Below are positions 11,650-24,464 of a DNA stretch of 45,228 nucleotides, one piece after another. Each line of letters starts with the position of its first letter. Position 1 is the stretch's first letter. The translations under genes and the position numbers were made by a program. The stretch comes from Octopus bimaculoides (taxonomy: Eukaryota), in assembly GCF_001194135.2 (NCBI RefSeq), contig NC_068983.1, forward strand, positions 69,629,456 through 69,674,683, given 5' to 3'. Under the pieces are notes generated by a model. The model did not search any database, was not told the DNA's origin, and was given only the letters and a program-made list of their open reading frames with translations.

Positions 11650-12060
11650 TGTGCTGTGCTGTTGAATCTAGTTCTCAGTCGCGCTCACTGTCTCGTCTCT
11701 ATTGTTCTTTATTATGTTCTTTTCAGTCTTCTGTCGGTCTTGGATCTTATACTATACTCTGAGTATAATGACAAGTCTTTGTATTTGTTCTCGGCTCTGT
11801 ATTTTCCTGCCAGGTTGTGTCCTCTCCGATCTCGTTAGTCGGATTTTACTGGATCTTATTGGCTCAGTCCACGACCTTTTTATGTCATAGTTCTCCATAT
11901 GTCCAGTTCTGTAATGTTCTGTAATTTCTTGCTCTGGTTCGTCTTGTCAGGTTCTGTACTGCCGTGCTTAGTCCTGTCTAGTCCTGCAACATTTTTGCTC
12001 TGTCTGGCTCTACAACGTTCTACTCATTCTGGTCTCGTATGCTCTGTCTAGACTAGTCAT
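11650..12060. repeat. Cryptic degenerate pentanucleotide array (GTTCT/GTCCT/GCTCT-like)
   Basis: From 11906: gttct gtaat gttct gtaat ttctt gctct ggttc gtctt gtcag gttct gtact gccgt gctta gtcct gtcta gtcct, with G every 5 nt. Confidence 0.7.
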
Positions 12061-12951
12061 ATCACTGATGCGATCGTTAAGGGAAATCCTCACTCAACAA
12101 GCATACATTGTCAAAATACAGACTGTCAGCTCTGAGCAACAGACGTTAACGACTGTGTGGCAATAAAATAAACAGTTTTCGAAGTGTCACCACAAACTGA
12201 TCGACGTAATGTCTGGTTACCATTTGAAATGCCAACGGTTCCTATCTAGCCATCGATAACGAATAAACATAAATAAACATACATCAAAAGGAAACTGATA
12301 AATCTAACTTAGCACTTTGTAGGTTAGTAACAGTGTGTTTGTTAGAAGGACACATGTAATCTTATACGTTTGTACTCATACGTGTGTATGTATAGAATGT
12401 TATGTGTATATGTATGTACGTATATACGTATATACGTACATGTACTCATGCATACACATGACATATAAATGCACCCATGCATACACATCTGACATATAAA
12501 CGTGTAAGACGTAATACTACAGCAGACACTCAACTCATTGATGTAAGAAGTAGTGCCGTAACAACAATAGTAGAAGTACTCTATAATAAACGAGTGTTTC
12601 ATTAATTTGTAGTGGGTACGAAATCATATAGAAGTTTTCAAACATCAAAGTTATTCTAGCGAATTTTGCCAACATTTTGTCGTGATCAAGGCAACAAAAA
12701 AGCTTCAACAGGGTCATTCAACCAGCTAGAAATTTCGACCAAATTTTCCTCAAACTGCACCATAATGTCTTAAAGAAGGGGGAAAAACACATTCACTCAA
12801 GTGATCGTGAATATACTATGCCAAAAAAAGGAAAAAAGGAAAAATGAAATAAAGCCACACAGAAAAATCATGGATGAAATACTTTTCATCAATTCTTTTG
12901 CAGGTAAACACCACCACTACTACCACCACCACCACCACCAACAACAACACC

Positions 12952-12983
<32 letters not shown>

Positions 12984-13852
12984 CCTGTAAGTGAGTTGAC
13001 TCGACATAATTGACTGTTCCATCGACACCTCAGGGTGTTGTCTGATAACCTGGATATCACGATTTTTATGACATATTTTGGTAGTTGATAAATATTATTT
13101 TTTGGCAATATTATAGTTCGTAACCTGTGTTTGGTAGCCGATAAATACTGTAATATGACTTCTCAAATTTCATATCAACTGATGAATTTTTAATCAGTTT
13201 TATGACACTGTGGTATGTGCTTATAAGCATGATGATTTTATGACTGTTGTTTAGCGTAATAGCTTGCATATTGGAACTAAATGATGCAATGTGGTATTTG
13301 AGAACTTGTGTGTCAGAGATTTTATTACAGTATAGTAGCTGATGAGCACTTTAACAATTGACGACAGAGTATAATTTCTGTATCCGAGTTTTATCAGTGT
13401 ATCAGGTAAATATGTATTTACACATTATAACATTATAACCATCGTGTATGATAGCTGATAGCCAGACTATTTAACCGGTATGAGATGATGCGATAGCTGA
13501 TACTATTATTCATATTTGTCAAAACTTGCGGTCGATATTATTGATATCCATCACTTGCTCCTATCGAACTTGTATATCAGGAAAGGAATAGTGACTAGTA
13601 TATCAAATATATCATACTAATCGATAACATACAAATTATATTTCTATGTATTGTTTAAGCTGATTAAGGGAGGCACTGTACATAGATTTCCATTCTCTAC
13701 TGAACTAGGGAGTACCGAAATGCTAAAAGAGGTTAATGTTACTACTTTTCTTCCTAACCTCTTCCCTGTCAAATACTCCATCGGCTTAATGTATTTCGCT
13801 GTTTATTCGCTTTCCCCAATACAAAATGTGGATCATAGTATAATATATATAC

Positions 13853-14050
13853 TTTTCTACTGTAGGCATAAGGCCCGAAATTATGGGGAAGGGGACCAGT
13901 CAATTAGATCGACCCCACTACGCAACTGGTACTTAATTTATCGACCTCCGAAAGGATGAAAGGCAAAGTCGACCTCGGCGGAATTTGAACTCAGAGCATA
14001 AAGACAGACGAAATACCGCTAAGTATTTCGCCCGGCGTGCAAACGTTTCT
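13853..14050 (-). mobile_element. SINE family A, head interrupted by the adjacent copy
   Basis: Body and 'ggccttatgcctacagtagaaaa' tail intact; head stops at 'aaacgtttct'. Confidence 0.9.
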
Positions 14051-14281
14051 TATTTCTTTATTGCCTACAAGGGACTAAACATAGAGGGGACAAACAAAGA
14101 CAGACAAAGGGATTAAGTCGATTACATCGACCCCAGTGCGTAACTGGTACTTAATTTATCGACCCCGAAAGGATGAAAGGCAAAGTCGACCTCGGCGGAA
14201 TTTGAACTCAGAACGTAATGGCAGACGAAATACCGCTAAGCATTTCGCCCATCGTGCTAACGTTTCTGCCAGTTCGCCGCC
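14046..14281 (-). mobile_element. SINE family A, full length, alternative tail 'c'
   Basis: Head GGCGGCGAACTGGCAGAAACG; tail '...tttagtcccttgtaggcaataaagaaataagaaa', unlike the other copies. Confidence 0.92.
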
Positions 14282-14927
14282 TGTAGCAAAATTAACTTAA
14301 TCTGTCACCCGTTTTAATGCAACATCGTGGCTCATAACTGCCTTTCTCGGATTCCACTCGGTTGCATGCATTCGACACACTTTTCTTACCCTTCAACTTC
14401 CACGGTCTTAAATGCACTGACTAAGGCGGTAGCTGCTACCCTTCCTTCTCTGACTATATTATAAAAATAAACAATAAATACATAATTCGCATTCGAAGTC
14501 ACGCTGCCCCACCCACTTTTCTATCATAACCATATTAACTTGTGATAACTCTGCTTATTAACCTCTGTATCTGAGTATATTATCAGATGATAATAAATTC
14601 TACCGTGGCTGTAACAGGTGTACTCTTCTTCGAGTTCACTCTCAAGTTAGCGTCGACTCAGCCAACTAAAACTATTCTAAACATGTCTTTCGAGTTTCTT
14701 TACTTTTACAGACATACTGTGCTACTAGACTACATTATTCAATACGTTCTTCCATTCTCGTTTCCTTTAAAGGACAATTGGGCGTGATTTCACATCGATT
14801 TGTTACTATCTCTAGCATGCACAACCATGTAAAGACTCCTTCGTTGGATAATAATGTTATTGTCATTATCAGTTACGTAGTACATGCGGATCTGCTTATC
14901 ATGTTCTCGATGATACGATACATACTT

Positions 14928-15377
<450 letters not shown>

Positions 15378-15713
15378 AAACCGACCTCTTAGGCTGTCAA
15401 TAAATACTAAATACCTGCAAAATACTGTTTCGATCTAAACGATTTTACACTCTCCATAATTTGTGACCGAGTGCTTTTCCCAGAAAACATTATTCATATT
15501 TTAAGATATCCCGTTTCACTGTCGAAGATGGTAGTGAGTCTGAAAATCGATTGTGACTCCCATCACTAATATTTGTTACATCTCCCTCTCCATCTACTCT
15601 CTTAGTTTCCCTGCTTGACTACAACAGATAAAAGTAAAAATCCAAGTCAAAACGAAGTTATTTCTTCTTTGAGAGCGTAAAATTCGAACACATAACTTGA
15701 GAAATAGAATAAT

Positions 15714-16070
15714 ACAGTGTGTCCGTAAAGACATCATGTAAGGATTTCAAAACTATTTATTGATGTAACTTGATGGTATGTGTAGTATTGCAAGTTACAT
15801 CAATAAACAATTCTGGAGTCCCAGCACGACTAGAGGCACATCGATCTAACATTTTTTCAGAAGCAGTGATAGCGTATTGAGTGAACGATGAGAAATGAAG
15901 AATGTAACGCTTCAGTCTTCATCTGATTGTGAGGAAGAAAACAAAGCGGTATTCTTTCTTTAACTGCAGGCAAGGCTGCGTTTGAAACTTTATATTCAAC
16001 ACTTTTCATGACAACTGAACCTATCAAAGTCTCTGTTGAGTCTCTTGTCATCAACACAGACCATCACTAG
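15714..16070 (-). mobile_element. Possible Tc1/mariner remnant (TIR plus transposase C-terminus)
   Basis: TA+CAGTGTGTCCGTAAAG resembles a mariner TIR. Minus-strand 'VMKSVEYKVSNAALPAVKERI' loosely matches the post-DDD 'WGxxKxxVY...LxELKERI' region. Confidence 0.4.
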
Positions 16071-16115
16071 TTTTCTCGATTTTAGGATTTAACGCTCTAA
16101 TACTACTAAACTTGT

Positions 16116-16296
16116 ACCTTTATTTCAAAGGGTCAGCCTTGTCACACTGTGTCACGCTGAATATCTCCGAGAACTACGTTAAGGGTACACGTTTCTGAGG
16201 AATGCTCAGCTACTTGCACGTTAATTTCACGAGCAGGCTGTTCCGTTGATCGAATCAACTGGAACCGTCGACGTCGTAAGCGACGGAGTGCCAACA
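16116..16296 (+). mobile_element. SINE family C, 5'-truncated, with 14-bp TSD
   Basis: Reverse complement of the 3' half of 37588-37987; TSD actactaaacttgt at 16102-16115 and 16297-16310. Confidence 0.9.
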
Positions 16297-17667
16297 ACTA
16301 CTAAACTTGTTATTATGAATGTCAGAAACAACAGCTTACTTGACTTAATAATCTACAATATTTTTATGTCATATATCGTTCAGTTGGATTTGACTTCCAT
16401 TTTCCTTAACGGACTATAAAATATATATACCAGTAATGTTGTGAGGTACATTTATTTGATTAACTATCTTCTCTCCATATTCACATAGAAGTGACCTTCT
16501 TTTACATCTTGTGTGGAACACAGTCAACGAGAGATACACAGTGTCAGTGGTTCTCAAATTTTGGTCCCACCCGAAAACAGTTATTTTTAAAATTCTCTTT
16601 TTTTTTTGCCAGCCACTCTCTGTTAAGCAAAAGACAAGATAAAGTTTGTATTCATATCATTCTTCTTCGCCGCCATGTTGTTGGAAAAGCTTAACAGTTT
16701 AAAACTATCTTAATTTTATTAAATAAAAGAATATGTCTGCCCACTTTTTAATCCTCATAACACCACTTTATAGGAAACATTACTCAGTACCATGGCTCTA
16801 CCTTCTTGAAATAGTAGCCGATTCTTCCTCACTTTACCCTCTACTGTTTAAAATGAACAGAATCATATTTGATAATTTAGCCCGCTATATGAAAAAAAGA
16901 ATGACTGGATGGTCACGACTGGAATGTTTTTGATTTGCACGAACAAGGCTGGCCTCACTAAATAACAACGAAATATAAGTAGTAAGAACTTTTGGGTTAC
17001 TTAATTAAGCAAATGTATTTCTCTGTTTCTACAAATTTAATTACAGCAAGCAGAGCTACTCTTTGATGTGTATCCTTACTCCTATTCCGTTCCATTATAA
17101 TAAGGACTACGCTGACCTAAAACATTGAGCGGAAACAAAATGAAACACAACTCTCTAAATATATGGTCAATATTTGAATATATTAAGCGCTATTAGCTAT
17201 TGTAGCTGCTAATATCTGAAAAGATAGAAAAAAAAAGTGTTGCCATGTAACTCTGTGTGTGACCGATTTCTAATGCAAAGATTACTTGTTATTTCTGTTT
17301 TTATAATATGTTATAGCTCACTTCTCTTATGATATATAAAACAGAGCAGAATTATGCCATTTCGAGATAATAATAACAACAACAACAACAACAACAACAA
17401 TAATAATAATGATGGTGATAATAATAATAATAATAATAATGATAATAATAATGACGATGATAATAATAATAAAAACAACAGCAATAATAATAATGATAAT
17501 AATAATGTTAAAATAAAAGAAAGTTAAAACTGTAGTTTGGACTTCACAAACTTTTATAGTTTCTGATACAAGATTGAACAAGAAAATTTACCAAATACAA
17601 ACTGTGGCACTTAATGTTTTGGTTGTTGGATATGTTAGATGGGAAAACTGATTGTTGTGGTACTCAC

Positions 17668-17740
17668 CATTTAAATACTTAAACGACAGGAATACAAACA
17701 CTATCTCTTTGTCTTGGAGGATGCTTGGGCGTTTACGAAT
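17668..17740 (-). other. Candidate 73-nt spliced exon of an unidentified transcript
   Basis: Acceptor 'ttttatttatttttttaatgttttctag|ATTCG' and donor 'AAATG|gtgagta'. One open frame (IRKRPSILQDKEIVFVFLSFKYLN+G), or 5'UTR ending in ATG. No homology recognised. Confidence 0.35.
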
Positions 17741-19965
17741 CTAGAAAACATTAAAAAAATAAATAAAACACTAATTTCCGATGTATACACGACCGAATAA
17801 ATATATAATATCCTGCTTTTTACAAAATTCTAAGATATCGTCTAATTTATCAGACCGGAGCGAACAACGCAGAATAAAGATAAAGTTTGTAGCATGATTC
17901 GATTTTCAGTTTGTCGTCTACCATGTTTTAGCTTCTTCGACACCATTAATATATTTATGAAAAAATAAGAGCTAACGAGGAAGATTCTATTCTACATAGT
18001 CGCTCAACTTGCATGAAATAGCAACCCGATTTGTCTCAAATGAAACGCTATTGTATCAAAAAAGAAAAAATCTAACGGAATGACCTATTGAGCAACGTAA
18101 TCCAAGGTATAGAGAAGATTGGAGGTCACGGTTCGAATATATTTCATCAAAGGTCAGTCCTAATCGGGCTGACCCAAGGATAAAGAATAACAAAAGCAAT
18201 TATGAAAGACATAAACGTTTTGATCCCTCCCCAGACGTCAGCACGCCTACATATTTGAAGGCTACCAAATGATCCTTTCTTGACCCCTCTCCTGAAATCA
18301 AGACGTCTAGTCATTCTTTGAAGAGCATATCATCAGAAATAGCAAGGTGGGAAATATAGATATTTTATGTATAGCCCATTCATCTTTATTTACAATACTT
18401 AAAAAGCATATACTTTGTTGTTTGTAGCGAGTGATTGGTTGAGATAGTTGACCTCTCTCACTTGCAATTCAAGGTTTCAAATACCACTCCATCTTAAGAA
18501 ACAGTAGTTCTAGGTAAGTCAACTACAATTAGTAGAAGGCCTAGAGGACGGTAATTAACAGACGTTATTGCTAGGAATATAGCACAAGCACTCCAAAAGC
18601 TCACACTCTCGTGACCTAATAATGTTTAATCATAAATAATTTATTTAGTAGGAGAATTTTTATAAATCTATAAACATCGTTGTATAATATTGAAGCTTTT
18701 GAAGTATACGGAAACTTTCAAAAGCTAATGAGAAAGGGCAATGTTAGTAAATAATAGCATTTTTAATGATTTAGTGAGAGAAGCAAAAGCGGTACCCATG
18801 AATGCTTTGCAAAGTCTCCGAGATTAGAAGACGAAAAGGAAGAGGTTAAAAGATATCCTTTGACTGGAAACATGATTCGATTGCTGACAAGATAGTAGAT
18901 TCTGTCAAAAGCACCCAAGGCCCAAGCGTGATGTTAAGTTAGACGAGAGATTAAACTTACCGCTCATGAACAAGTAGAGCCCAACTAACAAGCTTTTATG
19001 CGGTTTCTGTCTCCTTAATTACACTGACAATGTTTGTGATAGAGGACACATTGCTGTGCAATGGAATTGAGTCTAAAAACGCTTGATAGCTAAGCGAATT
19101 TCTCAACCACATACGACGACACTTGAACAATTGAAATGAACAAAATATTGTACACCCCAATAACAATCTTGCATCCAATATATTCAACAACTAAATAGAA
19201 GTTACTTGCTATTATATATTTATTCCATTTGCTGCTTTATTGACTTACAGTGTCTCTTCTGTTATCTCAATAACTACTGAAGCTGAAAAGTCCAAATATA
19301 TTTAGCAACAAATTACTAAGTAAAATGAAAAAAAAATTGTTTTTACGGTTTTCGAAATATTGCTCGAGTGTGTTATGGGTTATCGGAAAACGAAATAAGT
19401 TGTATGAAAAATATAAATGCTATAAAAATGATTACAAAGCTTTACACTTTCTGCTCTCATGGCGATATGTAACTGTTACTACAGAGTGGTGGATTGTTAG
19501 TATCGTTAGATATTTTGAGGTGTTTGCTCTGGTTCTTTATATTCGGAATCCAAACCGCCCCAGAGGTGAACTCGGCATTTCATCTTTCCTGGGTCGATAA
19601 AATAATGTAAAATAAAATAATAGGCATACAGTGAGGTCGATTTTGGCGACTGTTTCCTCTCTACCACTAAATATCTGGTCTTGTTTCGATTATAGAAATT
19701 ATATATGATCGCAGAACAAATGTCCAAACATGAAATCGCTTACTGGGATCACTCACTGGACTGCGGTAATTCTGGAGCACCACCTTCTAATACATGGTCA
19801 GTTGCAACAACCTCAGTATTGTTCATGTCACGTTGTTTAGGCCTGATATTTACGTTAACGATAAAGGTATCTGTGAAATACTAATCCATGTGCAACTAAA
19901 TGTTCATCGTCGAAACCGACAGAAAACCCAACAACTTTAATGCAGCTAGAGGCCCAGAATAATAA

Positions 19966-20181
19966 TCTTTTCTACTATAGGTACATGGCCTGAAATTTTG
20001 GAGTAGGGGGCTAGTCGACGACTTCGACACCAGTACTCAATAGGTACTTATTTCATCGACCCTGAAAATGATAAAAAGCTTAGTCGTTTTCGGCGGCATT
20101 TGAACTCAGAACCTAAAGACGGACGAAATGCCGCTAAGCATTTTGTTTGGCGTGCTAACGACTCTGCCAGCTCGCCGCCTT
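19966..20181 (-). mobile_element. SINE family A, full length
   Basis: Head 'ctgccagctcgccgcctt' on plus strand; standard body and tail. Confidence 0.9.
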
Positions 20182-20198
20182 AAGATCCAGAGTAATAA

Positions 20199-20481
20199 TG
20201 GTTTCAAATTTTAGCTTGAGGCCACCAATTTTGAGGGACGGGGTAAGTTGAGTGCATCGACCCCAATGCTCGACTGGTACTTATTTTATCAATCTCAAAA
20301 GAACGAAAGACAAAGTTGATCTCGGCGGAAATTGAAGGTTCAAGAGTAATAATTCTTTCTACCATAGGCACAAGGCCTGAAATTTTGGGGAGTGGGAAGC
20401 TAGTCGATTACATTGACCTCAATGCTCAACTGGTATTATTTCATCGACCTCGAAAGGACGAAAGGCAAAGTTGGCCTCGGC
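20199..20481 (-). mobile_element. Two head-truncated SINE family A copies (20199-20336, 20353-20481)
   Basis: Two consecutive tail+body units with different tail variants, separated by short 'agtaataat' spacers. Confidence 0.85.
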
Positions 20482-20769
20482 ACTATTATTGAAAGACCAA
20501 GTATAATAAAAAGCAAAAACCAACCTAAAACAATTCGTCACCAGTGACATTTTACCTAACACAAAGTGACTAAACCTCGCAAGTCATTTAGTTTGGCACT
20601 CAACTAATTTCACCGTTCCACCGCCCTGTATAATTTCAGGCTTCGAAGCATCTTCATGTGCTCTGTCCCCCACATGACATGGCACGTAACTGGTTCTGTC
20701 TTTCGGTAACTAAGTGGTGAGGTCATCAGACTTTAAGCAATACAGTTTAATACTCACTATAGTTAAAGA

Positions 20770-21175
20770 GTACAGTCGACCGAATTGACCTCAATATATA
20801 ACTGGTAATATTTTGCTAAACCAGAAAGAATGAAAAGAACAAACCAGAATTTACTTCGGTGAGGTTTGATACTAGAACGTAAAAACGAGATAATTAAAAA
20901 TGACAAGGTCCTTTGCCCGAGGCTTTTCCGCTTTAAAAACGTCTTCAAGTGTGCTTCACTTATAATTTTTTACATAGGAACAAAGTTCATTTGCTTTGTA
21001 GGGAAGACTCAGTCGATTAAATCAACCTCAGTACTGGTGCTTTATTTTAGTGACTCCGAAAAAGTTTAGAATGAAAGTTGGCTTTAACGGAATTTGAATT
21101 GAAAATGTAAAGAACTCGAACAAATATCTTGAAGCAATTTTGCTCGATGCTATAACGATTCTGCCAACCTACCGA
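20770..21175 (-). mobile_element. Two decayed SINE family A-like copies
   Basis: Diverged 'gtcga..aa.tgacctca..a.tggt...atttt..ccgaaa..atgaaag...ggatttga' bodies. Confidence 0.6.
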
Positions 21176-22184
21176 ACTCAAATTTATTCCAGTTATAATA
21201 TATAAACCGGTGTTAGTCCGGAGACAGACAAGAAAGTGTCCCAAAAATTGCAAAGAAAAAATTTATATTAAAAAAAAAAAAAAAATCGAAAATAGCGACG
21301 GAAAACAAAGTAGAACAACCCACTCTGGAAAATACGGTTGATGACGTGTTTCTGAGAAGTCAATGCGTGTAATGAGTAGGAATAACTAAATAAATGAATA
21401 ACTGATTAATAAATGAATGAATAAATAAATAAACAAATGAATAAATAAATGCATAAATGAATAAATATATAAATAACTGAATAAATAAATATATAAAAAT
21501 AGATGTTGTCGAATGAATATGGAAAGAATATGAAAGAGTTGTAGAATTGCTCAGCAGCACAGTTTTTCAGTTTTATCAGACTTGTGGAATGTAACATTCA
21601 GATATCTTCTTACTTTCCTCTGCAAAATTATTCTATGACTATTCCCCCCCCCCCNNNNNNNNNNNNNNNNNNNNNNNNNNNNNNNNNNNNNNNNNNNNNN
21701 NNNNNNNNNNNNNNNNNNNNNNNNNNNNNNNNNNNNNNNNNNNNNNNNNNNNNNNNNNNNNNNNNNNNNNNNNNNNNNNNNNNNNNNNNNNNNNNNNNNN
21801 NNNNNNNNNNNNNNNNNNNNNNNNNNNNNNNNNNNNNNNNNNNNNNNNNNNNNNNNNNNNNNNNNNNNNNNNNNNNNNNNNNNNNNNNNNNNNNNNNNNN
21901 NNNNNNNNNNNNNNNNNNNNNNNNNNNNNNNNNNNNNNNNNNNNNNNNNNNNNNNNNNNNNNNNNNNNNNNNNNNNNNNNNNNNNNNNNNNNNNNNNNNN
22001 NNNNNNNNNNNNNNNNNNNNNNNNNNNNNNNNNNNNNNNNNNNNNNNNNNNNNNNNNNNNNNNNNNNNNNNNNNNNNNNNNNNNNNNNNNNNNNNNNNNN
22101 NNNNNNNNNNNNNNNNNNNNNNNNNNNNNNNNNNNNNNNNNNNNNNNNNNNNNNNNNNNNNNNNNNNNNNNNNNNNNNNNNNNN

Positions 22185-22388
22185 TCTCCCTCTCTCTCTC
22201 TCTTTCTGTCTCTCTTTCTGTCTCTCTCTTTCTGTCTCTCTTTCTCTCTCTCTCTTTCTCTCTCTCTCCCTCTCTCTCTCTTTCTCTCTCTCCCTCTCTC
22301 TCTCTCTTTCTCTGTCTTTTTCTCTCTGTCTCTTTCTCTCTGTCTCTCTCTTTCTCTCTGTCTCTCTCTTTCTCTCTGNNNNNNNNNN

Positions 22389-22436
<48 letters not shown>

Positions 22437-22530
22437 ATCTTTCTGTCTGTCTGTATATCTGTCTGTATATCTGTCTGTCTCTGTCTGTATATCTCTCTGT
22501 CTCTGTCTGTATATCTGTCTGTCTCTCCCT
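22185..22530. repeat. (TC)n/(TCTG)n homopyrimidine microsatellite
   Basis: Directly visible; source of the RERE pseudo-ORFs. Confidence 0.95.
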
Positions 22531-22782
22531 TTCTCCCTCTGTCCAGCTGACACCATACTTTCATATACGACTTAAGTAACTAATAAATAAACGACTTAAG
22601 TTACTAATAAATAAATAAAATATAACCAAATAAACTGATGGACAATGTTTGCCAAAGTAAATGAAACAATAGTGAAATCAATGTTAATATTTACTTCAGA
22701 GAACATTGAAATGTTAACTAATAATGTGTGATGACCGGTGGATGGGAAACAATATTAAGCAATAACTAATATTTATCATTCA

Positions 22783-22951
22783 TCTCTTACTTGTTGCAGT
22801 CTTTGAACTGCGACCATGCTGGGGCACTACTTTGTAGAATTTAGTTGACCAAATCGACCCCAGTACTTATCTTTATCAGTCTCTTTTTGCCGAACCGTTA
22901 ACTTATGGTGATGTAAATAAACCAATAAGGGGGACAACCCAACAAGGGGAG

Positions 22952-23008
<57 letters not shown>

Positions 23009-23194
23009 GCACACACACACACACACATACACACAGCGCTTCTTCCAGTTTCTGTCTCCCAAATCCACTTACAAAGCTTTGGTCGGCCCTGGGTTACAAT
23101 GGAAGACATTTGACCAAGGTGCCGCACTGTGGGACTGAAACCCAAGCCCACATAGTTGAAAAGAAAGCTTCTTATCCCTCAGCCATAGCTGTGC
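22783..23194 (-). mobile_element. SINE family B, near full length
   Basis: Colinear with 14975-15377, including the internal (CA)n. Confidence 0.85.
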
Positions 23195-24464
23195 TTATTA
23201 TTAATTTTTTCTGGTGGACACGGAAGACAACTCCTGGCATGATTCGGTCTTATTATAATATTACAAGCGAAGTTGAGCGGCCACTGAACTTACTGTACTT
23301 GTCTAAGTTGTGATCATAAGGCAGTAAGTAAATGTACAATATTGGGTAGCGGTCAGCATTGAAAATAGAATATTTATTTATTTTAGGTGAGGGATTGGAA
23401 CATTGAATACGAATAAAGTTTTCAATTTCTCATATAAAACCCGCGGATTGCATAACAAAAGGATAGTTTGTACGATGAACTGCCAGCGATATCCATAGCA
23501 TCACCCACTTCTGCCTTACCGAGTTATGCCACGCTGTATGTTACTGAAAGGAGCCTGCATAGACGTTGCCAGTTTTTCGTCACGACCGAAGTCGGTTGGT
23601 CCCGACTGCAGCGAAAGTAGACGTCAAGTTCAGTGCAACTGGGTAAGTCAGTCATCTAGGAAACCATATGTTGTGATAGATTCTCTGGTGCCAACCTTTT
23701 CACTCTTGCTATAAAGCTGGTATGAAGGCTTCAAACTATCCACCCTTTTCAAGTTTTCTGTTGGTAATCTGAAATCTATTTCATGTTACAGCCACATCGT
23801 GGTTAATCTGAACCTGGTCTCATATATTACAAAACAACAACAACAACATTTACAACTACTGTTACTGTTGCTGATGCAGGAATATATGTGATAATTAAAT
23901 ATCCTGAAGGGGTGATTGTAAATCATATAGGGCAAGAGGAAACTACCTTCCAGCTACCACCTCAGCCTCAGTTGAAATCGATTGAGTTCTACCTCCCGGC
24001 AATATGAACACGATTTTAAGTAACTGGGTGGTATGGTGAAGTTAGGGTATTCTGTCATCGCTATACCAGAAGCTAATGCTCTCTCTTGTAGAAGAGCGGA
24101 AGATGACAGAGTATGGGTTTTTTGATTGACAAGTTTAATTTTTACGAGGTTCGCGGTTGAGATACCCGACGGACGTCCTCAGTCCCCGAACTATACTCTC
24201 CTCGTCAAATTGATATAGAATAGTTCAGAAATTATGTATTTAAAAGATACCACCGTGTGTCTATATGAGAAATATCAAATATGTTAACAGTAATATAAAT
24301 ATTGTTATTCATGCAAGTAGCATCTTTAAAGTACTTATTCTCTACCCACCCCGCAAAAACATGACGGATAACCCAAATTCATTTAAGAATGATTAGTAGG
24401 GAATTGGTTGGTTTCATTTATTAATATTGTAGCATCAATGAATTCAAATATCAAGCCTTCGTTT

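Noticed and set aside
12990-13030. Minus-strand 'GVDGTVNYVE', reminiscent of an EF-hand loop
   Set aside because: Preceded by an in-frame TGA, no usable acceptor, and runs into a (GTT)n microsatellite.
24092-24110. 19-nt purine-rich microexon candidate on the plus strand
   Set aside because: Weak donor (A|GTATGG); strong-looking acceptors occur by chance many times in this window (e.g. near 8576, 12903, 14710, 27313, 35368).
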